Positions 28,787 to 39,049 of a stretch of DNA of 64,000 bases are shown here, one piece after another (within the stretch, counting starts at the first letter, position 1; the number at the start of each line of letters is the position of its first letter). The DNA lies in contig NC_045696.1 of the NCBI RefSeq assembly GCF_009834535.1, positions 109,060,001-109,124,000 on the forward strand, given 5' to 3'. A program made the translations under genes and the position numbers. The notes under the pieces were generated by a model. That model was not told the DNA's origin and made no database searches. It saw only the letters and a list, made by a program, of their open reading frames with translations. The DNA comes from Camelus ferus (taxonomy: Eukaryota).

Positions 28787-29175
28787 CATTGCTTTGACCC
28801 AAAGTGTGAATGGCCAACCATTGAGAGATTCTCTTGAAAAGGAATAAATACTTTGTGAAGCCTAACTCTTTCCTTGTGAGGTGACATGGAACCTTTCTAA
28901 AATATCCTTGATAAGTGAGTGTCACCAACAGAATCATAATCTCAGTGGACCATTCACAGAAGCTAAATGACAGCACTAACAAGTGGTGATCCCACTGGTA
29001 GGAAAGCCCATCTAAGTGGGGCTTGGGACCAGTGTTTCCCTACGACTCTTCCAGTCCTTCTGAGATTGACATTGATGCCAGAAATTCAGAGGCAATTTCT
29101 GCACTTATAAATGCTTTTTGCCTCTCTTCTAATATTCAATGTTCTTATTACTGTACCAGCTAAATTAAGAGAAAT

Positions 29176-29333
29176 GAAGTCAGTCTTTCTTTTCTTTTTT
29201 TTAAAATTTTTTTTGTGGAGGGAGGTGATTAGGTTTATTTATTTATTTGGTTTTTCAGTGGAGGCACTGGGGATTGAACCCAGGACTTCATGCATGCTAA
29301 GCAGGCACCTGACCGCTGAGCTATCCTCTCCCC
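29176..29333 (-). mobile_element. Camelid SINE (vic-1 type)
   Basis: Reverse-complement SINE head. 17-bp near-TSD gctaaattaagagaaat (29159-29175) / gctaaatgaagagaaat (29334-29350). Confidence 0.9.
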
Positions 29334-29544
29334 GCTAAATGAAGAGAAATCAATGAGCAAGTATTATTAAGCTTTTTCCCCAAATCACCAATAACTATGA
29401 GTGGTGAGATCACAAATAATTTTTATTTTCCTTTTTTCTTTCTTTTCCCCTAATTTTCAACAATTTTTTAAAAAAGAGTTTCCTGAATTTTAGTTTAAAT
29501 CTAACCAAAAGAGATAAATTATTGAATCTGGGTCTTAACTTTTT

Positions 29545-32500
29545 TTTTTTTTTATTAATAGACCTTATTTTTTTAGAGCAGTTTCAGGTTCACAGCAGAA
29601 ATGAGCAGAAAATACAGAGTTTTCACATAGCCCTCCCCCCACACAACATACTTCCCTACCCTCAACATTACTCATCAGTGTGGCTTATTTGGTACAATAG
29701 ATGAATCAACATGGGCACATTATTATCAACCAAAGTCCATAGTTTACATTAGGATTCAATCTAAATGTTGTACATTCTATGGGTTTTGACAAATGCATAA
29801 TGACATGTAGCCACCACTATGGTATCATACAGAGTAACTCATTGCCCTAAAAATCCCTTGTGCTTCATCAATTCATTCCTCCCTCCCTCCCTCTCCCCAA
29901 ATCCCTGGAAACCACAGTTTTTTTTATTGTTTCTGTAGCTATGCCTTTTCCAGAATGTCATTTGGTTGGAATCGTACAGTTTGTAGCCTTTTCAGACTGG
30001 CTTCTTTCATTTAGTAATATGTCTTTTAAGTTTCTTCCATGTCTTTCATGGCTTGATAGCTTATTTCTTTTTTTTTTTTAACTGCACATGCATTTTTAAA
30101 TTTATATATATGTACTGTTCATTGTTTCTAAGAACATTTACAGCTTTAGCTTTTTAAACTTACATAGTGTTATCAAAGGAATAAAACCAACCACAAAATA
30201 AGAATTCAAAAAGATACATACACCCTGCTGTTAACAGCAACATTATTCATAATTTATATTTATAAATTTATAATCATTTATAATTGCCAACATATGGAAG
30301 CATCCTAAGTACACATCAATAGTTGAATAGATAATGAAGATGCAGCATATATATGTAATGGAATACAGCTCACCCATAAGAAGGATATTTTGCCATTTGC
30401 AGCCCTTCATTCACTTTTTTTTTTCACTTCAAAATCCAGAACTTTATAACCAGCATGAACATTTTCATTACATCAAAAACATCAAAATACCTAGAAATAA
30501 ACTTAACCAAGGAGGTTACCTATCCTCTGAAAACTGAAATGACACACAAAATTGAAAAGATTTCTTGTGCTCTTGGATTGAAAGTATCAACACTATCAAA
30601 ATGGCCACACTACCCAAAGCAATCCACAGATTCAATGCAACCCCTGTCAAAATAGTCACGACATTCCTCACAGAACTAGAACAAACAACTCCAAAATTTA
30701 CAAGGAACCACAAAAGACCCTGAACTGCCAAAGCAATCTTTTGTACGCGTCTGTTTTTTTCCCTCTTTCTTCTTTTTGTTTTCTTTCCTTATGGTTTGAT
30801 GACTAGAGAAGGTCTTTTAACATTTGTTGTAAAACTGGTTTGGTGGTGCTGAAATCTTTTAGCTTTTGTTTATCTGTGAAGCTTTTGATTTCTCCATCAG
30901 TCTGAACGAGAGCCTTGTTGGGCAGAGTATTCTTGGTTGTAAGTTTTCCCTTCATCACTTTAAATATTGTCATGCTGCTCCCTTCTGGCCTGTAGAGTTT
31001 CTGCTGAAAAATCAGCTGATAACCTTACAAGAGCTCCCTTGTATGTTATTTGTTGCTTTTCCCTTGCTAATTTTAATATTTTCTCCTTATCCTTAATTGT
31101 GGTCAATTTGATGACTATGTGCCTTGGCATGTTCCTCTTTGAGTTGATCCTGTATGGTACTCTCTGTGCTTCCTGGACTTGGGTGACTGTTTCCTTTCCC
31201 AAGTTGGGAAAGTTTTCAGTGATTATCTCTCCAAAAAGTTTCTCAGGTCCTTTCTCTCTCTCTTCTCTTTCTGGGACCCCTATAATGTGAATATCATTGT
31301 GCTTCATGTTGTCCCAGAGTTCTCTTAAACTATCCTCGTTTCTTTTCATTCTTTTTTCTCTTCTGCAGTAGTGATCTCCGCTGACCTGTCTTCTAGCTCA
31401 CTGATCCGTTCTTCTGCATCATTTAGTCTATTCTTGGTTCCTTCTAGTGTGTTACTCATTTCAGTGATTTTATTCTTCAACTCTGGGTGTTCTTTATATT
31501 TTCTAACTCTTTGCTAAAAACATCAGTGTGTGCACCTATACTCCTCTTGAGTTCTCTGACCATCTTTGCCATCATTACTTTAAAACTCTTTCTCAGATAA
31601 ATTGCCTATCTCCTCATCACTTACTTCTGGGATTTTATTTTGTGCCTTGGCCTGGGGGATATTCCTTTGCCACCTCATATCATCTATCTTTCTGTGTGTT
31701 TGTGGATTCCTTCCACAGGCTTTGGGATTGTTGTTTTCTTATTTCTAGTATCTGCCCCTGGTGGATGAGGCTGGACTAGAGGCTTACGCAGGTTTCCTGG
31801 CAGGAGGAGCTGGTGCTTGTCCACTGCTGGGTGAAGCTTGGTCCTGGACCTCTGGTGGGCAGGGCCGTGTCTAGAGGTCTTTGAGACCCAGGAAGTCTGC
31901 TGATGGTGGGGCTGTGTTCTCACCCTACATGTTGTTTGGCTTGAGGCTGTTGGGTGGGGCTAGGTCTTGGTGCTAATGATCCAATCAAGATGTCAGCCTC
32001 CAGGAAAGCTCATATAGATGAACACTTCTGGAATGACCACCACCAGCTTTTATGTACCCTGAGTGAGCTGCAGCTATCTCCCATGTCTCCAGGAGACCCT
32101 CCAAATCCAGCAGGCAGGCCTGGCCCAGGTTCCCATGAAATCACTGCTTCTGCCCTTGGACCTGGCACATGCGAGCTTCTGTGTACGTTTGCCAAGCAAA
32201 TGGAGTCTCCATTTCCCCCAGCCCCGTGGGGCTCCCGGAACCAAGCCCCGCTGGCCTCCAAAACCAGGTGTCCTGGGGTCTCCTTCTCCTCCCAATGCTG
32301 GAACCCCAGTCTGGGGAGCTTGACGTGGGGCTCACTCCTGTGGGAGGGCCTCTGTGACTTAACTATTCTTCAGCTTGTGGGTCACCCACCCGGGGGTTAT
32401 GAGGCCCAATTATATTGCAAGCACCCCCGTCCTAACATCCTGCTGTGATTCTCTACGTTTCCAGTCACAGAAGATCTATTTTTTTTTTGCTAAGTTCCAG

Positions 32501-32597
32501 TCTTTTTTTCTATGGTTGTTTAGCATTCAGTTGTGGTTTCGTTCTAGTTGTGAGGAAGAGGTGAGCTCCTAACACTCATCCATCTTGACCTGGATCC
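29545..32597 (-). mobile_element. Composite L1-derived retroposon: L1 5'UTR + ORF1, inverted ORF2 piece, additional segment, old L1MC-like 3' end, poly(A)
   Basis: 17-bp TSD with one mismatch (29528-29544 / 32598-32614), poly(T) on + at the left end, and ORF1 peptide in ORF 30960..31349 (-). Confidence 0.75.
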
Positions 32598-32916
32598 CTG
32601 GGGCTTAACTTTTTGTAGTAAGCATACAATGAGGCCAAAAACAATATTCACCAAATTCACTGATTGTTAACATGAGCATGTAATAGAATGAAGTTTTACA
32701 AAGATCATGTGACATACTTTATATTTTTATTTTCTAAATGACTTATGTATGTATTACATGTGACAGAGGTAACATGATCCTTGAAACAAATATTAATATT
32801 CTTATGCCATTTTCACCAATGAATTTTTCTTCTGAAAGAAACCATCAGAATTAAGATAGTGTAGAAACTATGTTGACACACAAATGCTTTCTCTGGGTTA
32901 TAAACATGTATCACTG

Positions 32917-35900
32917 GTTCAAGATGGCAATGTAGGAAGATCCTGAACTCACCGCCTCCCACAGACTCACTGGATCTACAGCTAAACATGGAACAATTTC
33001 CTCTTTAAAAAAACCTAAAGGCTGGTTGAGGGATAACTATATATTGGGCAAATGAGAAGAAAAGCATATAAAATCCTATCGGGAAGACAGGGACACAATC
33101 TCACCATAAACCTCACCCCTGGTGTAGCAACTAACAACCAGAAGGGAACTCAAAACCCAGAGCTTCTCCCTGAGTAGCAAAGGGTTCAAATCCACATTGG
33201 GCAGCCTACCTTTTAAGACATGAACTTGAGACATGAGCCCCCAGTAAGCTAATATTTGAAAACCAGTGAGTCTTGTATCACAAGACCCACAGAACAAAAG
33301 AGATCTGAGAAACACCTTTTAAAGGGCTCATGTGCTCAGACTCACTCACCCCAGGGCCCAACTCGGAGGAAGCCAATCATGCCTAGATTTAAAGCAGACA
33401 GCCCACCTGCTCTTATTAAAACCTTAGCCTGAGGGGCAGGCATCTGCTTTAACACACACATCTAGAAGTCTGCTGGAACACTCTCTGGGAACAGACTGGC
33501 AGGCACCACCTTTGCCACAATCTGGAGCACCAGTATCTCCTGGAAGGGAGCCTTTACACACATCCGGTTTCCTGATTTCTGCAGCTGCTGCCCAGAATAT
33601 GACTCTTGACTACTTGGCTCTGGAAGCCGAGGGAGCTTGTGGGTCCTGTGGGACTATAATAACGGGTGTCACCCGTCATGCCCCCGTCTGGTGCCCGGAT
33701 TTTTGTGACTGCTGCTAGGGGATGCCTCTACATCAACTGGTTCTGGTGGTCAGTGGGACTTAACACTCATGGGTCCTACAGGACTGTAGCCCAAGGAACA
33801 AGAGTTCTTCAACAGCTATCACCCCCAGGGCACAGCAAGAGGCAACAGACCCAAGGGCTCAGTCTTTCTGTAAAGGGGGACTATTAACTGATCATGACTG
33901 CTGCCCAAAAGGCAAGCTTCTGACCAGGCACGCATCTGGCGGCTCGCTGTAATCCTTTCTAGAGACCTTGGAGGGCAGGTGCTACCTTCGCTCTCCCAGT
34001 GCTGCCTCCAGTGCACCTGTGTCTCCTAGAGGGTAGCTACATATGTGCTAGTGCCGAAGCCCAGGGGATGCCCCTTGACTGACTAGCTCTGGCGGCTGGA
34101 GGGGCTTGCATTCCTGGATCCCACAAGACTGTGGCAATCAGAGGGATATTCCTTGGCAGGCTACCAACCCCAGGGCACTGCACAGAAAGGAGAATGAGGC
34201 ACATTCCCCGGAATTTCTGTGAAAGAGTCCTCTTCACTTATCCTGGACATTTGTCCTAAGGGCAGGCTTCAGCTCTGGGTCACATTTAGTGACCTAAGGA
34301 GCTGCTCTCAGGGAACGCAGGCTGTGGATGCCATCTTGGTACTCTTTCTCTGCCTTGCTCCAGCCTTCTGGTATCTCCCAGAAAGGAGCTTATACACTCA
34401 TCTGGAGCCCACCCAGTGGACACGTCCAGAGCGCCCGGCTCTGAAAGCAAATGGGACTCACCCTGGCAGCCCCTCAGGACTGTATATATTTGCATACTTT
34501 AAAAAGCTGCTGCCTGAGGGTCTGGCTTCCAGTCAGCCTGAATCTAGGTGCTGAGATCCTCCACTTTGAAATGGTGACAAGTCTTGGCACATCCTCAGCT
34601 ACTGGGAGCTATTAAAAATATAACAGGCTGGCTGGGCAAGCACAGAGGTTTTAGAGATAACCAGGAGCTGAGGCAGGGCTGAACAACAGGGCTCATCTCC
34701 TACACAAGCCACCCCTGCAAGGCTGGAAGAGGTGGTGGTTTCATCTACTGGACTGAAACCAACAGAGAGTTAAGCAGAATGAAGACAAAGGAATATTTTC
34801 CAAATGAAAGAACAAGATCAACCTCAGAAAAAACCTTAATGAAATGGAAATAAGTAATTACCTGATAAAGAGTTCAAAGTCATGGTCATAAAGGTACTCA
34901 ATGAACTGGGAAAAAGAATGAACACAGTGAGAACTTCAATAAAAAGATGAGAAATATAAGAAAGTACTGACTAGAAGTCACAGAGCTGAAGATACAATAA
35001 TTGAACTGAAGAACACACTGGAGAGGTTCGACAGCAGACTAGATGAAGCAGAAGAAAGGATCACTCAACTCAGAAACAAGGCAGTGGGAGTCACTCAAAC
35101 AGAGCAGCAAAAAGAAAAAAGAATTTAAAAATGTGACGACAGTTTAAGAGACTTATGAGACAACATCAAACAGATTAATACTCACTTTATAGGGCTCCCA
35201 GAAGGAGAAGAAAGAAGAGGGCAGAAAACTTATTTGAAACAATAATGGCTGAAAGCTTCTCTAACTTGGAGGGGAAAACAGATATCCAGATCCAGGAAGC
35301 CCTGAGAGTTCCAAATAAGATGATACCAAAGAGACCCACACCAAGACACGTTATAATTAAAATGTCAAAGTTAAACACAAGGATAGAAGTTTAAAAGCGG
35401 CAAGAGAGAAAAATCCAGTTCTGTACAAGGGAACCTCCACAGAACTAGCAGCAGATTTTTCAGCAGAATCTTTGCAGGCCAGAATGCATGATATATCCAA
35501 AGTGCTGAAAGAAGAAAACTTCCAACCAAGAATACTCCATTCAGCAAAGTTTTCATTCAGAATTGAAAAAGAAATAAGAGTTTTTCAGACAAGCAAAAGT
35601 TAAAGGAGTTCATCACCACTAAACAGGCCTTATAAGAAATTTTAAAGGGACTTCTGTAAGCTGAAAAGAAAGATCGCTAATTAGTAACAAGAACACATAT
35701 GAAAGTGTAAATCTCACTGGAGAAGTAAAAAATCAAAAAATACCTTGAGAAAAACAAAAATGGAAATGTAAAATACCAAAATTTATGGAATACAACAAAA
35801 GCAGTTCTGAGGCAAGTTCATAGTGATAAATACCTACCTCAAGAAACAAGAAAATCCTCAAACAATCTAACTTTATACAGCAAGGAAATAGAAAAAGAAG

Positions 35901-37795
35901 AAACAAAGCCCAAAGCTTGTACGAGAAAGGAAATAAAAACTAGAGCAGAAATAAATAAAGCCTAAAATGACAACAGAAAAGATCAATGAAACTAAGAGCT
36001 AATGATAAGTCAAACTGACAAAACTTTAGCTTAGACTCACCAAGAAAAAAAGAGAAAAAACCCAAATCAGAAATGAAAGAGGAGACGTTACAACTAACAC
36101 CACAGAAATACAGATTAGAGAGACTACTATGAACAATTACATGACAACAAATTGGACAACCTAGAAGAAATAGATAAACTCCTATCAACATACAAGCTAC
36201 TAAGACTGAATAATGATGAAACAGAAAATCTGAATGGACCAATTACTAACAAGTAGATTGAATCAGTAATCAAAAACCTCTCAATAAACAAAAGTCCAGG
36301 ACAGGACCAAATGGCTTCACTGATGAACCTTACTAAGCATTCAAAGAAGAATTAATATTAATCCCTCTCAAATTCTTCCAAAAACTAGAAGAGGGGGGAA
36401 CTTATCCAAACACATTTTATGAGGCCAGTACTACCCTATACCAAAACCAGACGAGAGCCATAGAGAAGAGAGAGCGAGAGAGAGAGAGAGCGAGAGAGAG
36501 AGAGAGAGAGCGAGAGAGAGAAAGAAAGAAAGAAACGAAGCACTCAAGACAGCAAGAAAATGAAGAAAGAAAGAAAGCAAGAGAGAAACGAGCAGTAAAG
36601 AGAGAAAGAAAGAGAGAAGAAAAGAAAGAAAGAAAGAGAGAAAGAGTTACAGACTAATAACCCTGATGAACACAGATGCAAAAATTCTCAACAAATATTG
36701 GGAAAACTGGACAGCCACATGCAAGAGAATAAAGCTGGACCACTATCTTACACCATACACAAAAAATAACTCAAAATGGTTTAAAGACTTGAACATAAGA
36801 CCTGAAACCATAAAACTCTAGAAGAAAACATAAGCAGTAAGCTCCTTGACATAGGTCTTCGTGCTGGTTTTTTGAATCTGACACCAAAAACCAGAATCAG
36901 TAAAAGCAAAACTACACAAGTGGCACCACGTCAAAGTAAAAAGCTTCTGCACAGCAAAAAGGCAACCTACTGAATGGGAGAAAATAATTGAAAATCATGT
37001 ATCTGACCAGCGACTGAGATCCAAAATATACAAAGAACTCATACAATTTAATAGCAAAAAAGCAAACTATCCAATTAAAAAATGGGAAGAAGATACAAAC
37101 AGATATTTTTCCAAAGATGACACACAGATGGCCAACAGGAACATGAAAAGATGGTCAACATCACTAATCATCATGGAAATGCACATCAGAACCACAATGA
37201 GATAGCAAATCACACCCTGCACGATGGCTATTATCAAAAAGGTAACAAATAACAAGTATTGGCAAGGATGTGGCCAAAAGGAGCCCTTGTGCACTGTTGG
37301 TAAGAATGTGAATTGGTGCAACCATTACGGAAAATAGTACAGAGATTCTGCAAAAAATTAAAAACAGGACTACCATACAATTCAGCAATTCTACTTCTGT
37401 GTATTTTTCTGAAGAAAACAAAAAATTCTAATTCAAAAAGATACATACACCCCCATGTTCACTGCAGCATTACTTATAATGACCAAGATGTGGAAATAAC
37501 CCATCTATTGATGGACGAATGGATAAAGAAACTGTGGTACATAGAGAATATTATTCAGCCATAAATAAAAAATGTTGCCATTTGCTGCAGCATGGATGGA
37601 CCTTGAGGGCATCACACTAAGTGAAATATTTCAGACAGAGAAAAACAAATACCGTATGATCCCTCTTACACGTGGAATCTAAAAAACAACAAACTCATAG
37701 ATACAGAGAACAGATTGGTGGTTGCAAGAGGCAAGGCTTAGGTAAGGGGTGGGAGAAATGGGTGAATGGTGTTTTGTTTAAATAAATTGATTTAA
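32917..37795 (+). mobile_element. L1 with 5'UTR, ORF1 (~34779-35660) and 3' end but two large ORF2 deletions
   Basis: 5' ggttcaagatggc, ORF1 remnants, junctions at ~35720 and ~36699, and 3'UTR ...cacgtggaatctaaaaa...aataaa. Confidence 0.88.
36462..36645 (+). repeat. (GA)n/(GAAA)n purine-rich compound microsatellite inside L1 ORF2
   Basis: Seen directly. Confidence 0.92.
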
Positions 37796-37895
37796 AAATT
37801 TTTTTAATGTTTCCCTCAACAAATATTTAAGAAACATATTTATTATAAAAGGCAAAGTGAAAATATCAAAAAGAGCAGTGAATCATCTGCTTTAC

Positions 37896-38073
37896 CTCTT
37901 TGTGTTTCATATCCAACTGGCTCCTGAGAGCCTTAAGTTCCTGTTCACGGATGTCCAAGCAAGTTTCAAGAGCATGTGTCTGTCCTTCCCACTCAGATTT
38001 TTTATGAGCTACCATTATGTCAATCTGTTTCATGAGCTCCTGTAGTTCTGCTTCACAGGATGTCAAAAATCCC
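37896..38073 (-). CDS. CEP63: CEP63 coding exon 3 (178 nt): [39 protein letters not shown]...DMKHKE
   Basis: Acceptor tttatag| and donor |gtaaag. Carries the hallmark CEP63/DEUP1 N-terminal motif [17 protein letters not shown]. Confidence 0.97.
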
Positions 38074-39005
38074 CTATAAATAAGAACAAACCCTTAAGAA
38101 CGTATGTCCAAGTGGCTTTTCATCCTTCACATGTAAAAATGCAGATGCAGACCTACCCGAGGTGGAACAATGACAACAAATAAATTATCAGAAGCAAAGA
38201 ACAGAGTCTCTGAGCTTGTCCTTTTAATGCGCATAAACGGTGATTATTTATTCCACAGGACAGTCTGTCTTCCTCTAATAGCCAACCTAAAGCATAAGTT
38301 ATTTGGTCAAACACAAGGTTGACGTTTGAAGTCTGGCTTGTGAGTGAGACTTCCACAACCAACAACAGCCCTTCTGTATCATTTTAGGTAAGCTTTCAGC
38401 AAGAATCCAGGCAAGCCTATGTCACTCTCACAGCTAGCCAAATTTTTATCTTTGGAAACAAGCTGGCTATCAGGAGAATGACTATACAATTTTAAGAGCT
38501 GTTTCAAGAAATTCATCCTTGAGCCAAGTGTATTTCAACTATTTCTTTCCGCCTTATTATTAGAAACTTAGTGCAACCTACCTTATTACTGTAACTTACT
38601 GATATCCTTCAATGTTTCAGGAGATGCCTGACATTGCAAAGGTAAAAACAGAAGTGGACACAGATGTGCTGCACTCAAAGAGGTTTCCAGGAATGACCAC
38701 AGAGAGAGAACTACTAAGGCTTAAGTACTTTTTTTAAAAAGCATGTGTTCTTAGAGTCACAAAATCTGCACAGGCTTTGCTTTTTAAGAGTAGAAAATTT
38801 AAAGTGGGATGAAGGCAAGCGTTCAGCTTCGCACTGCTGAAACGAGGCAAACACCCCAGAGAGATGCTGTACACAACATGACACGGATCAGCCGAGCTTT
38901 TGCTCCCACTTCTGCTTCTACACCCAAAGCACAACAAGGTCAGAGGCATAACTCAGATATGCTTTTTAAACTCAGTGAGAAGCTTAGGGTCAAAAGCCAA
39001 CTTAC

Positions 39006-39049
39006 CCATCACGTCCCCGATTTTGTATTCCTTCCAACAAAGCCTCCAT
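39006..39049 (-). CDS. CEP63: CEP63 first coding segment (exon 2 = 39006-39074): MEALLEGIQNRGRD(G)
   Basis: ATG at 39049-39047 in good Kozak context (gcgATGg). Acceptor tttcccag| at 39076-39075 and donor |gtaagt. 44 coding nt, phase 2, fitting exon 3. Confidence 0.95.
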
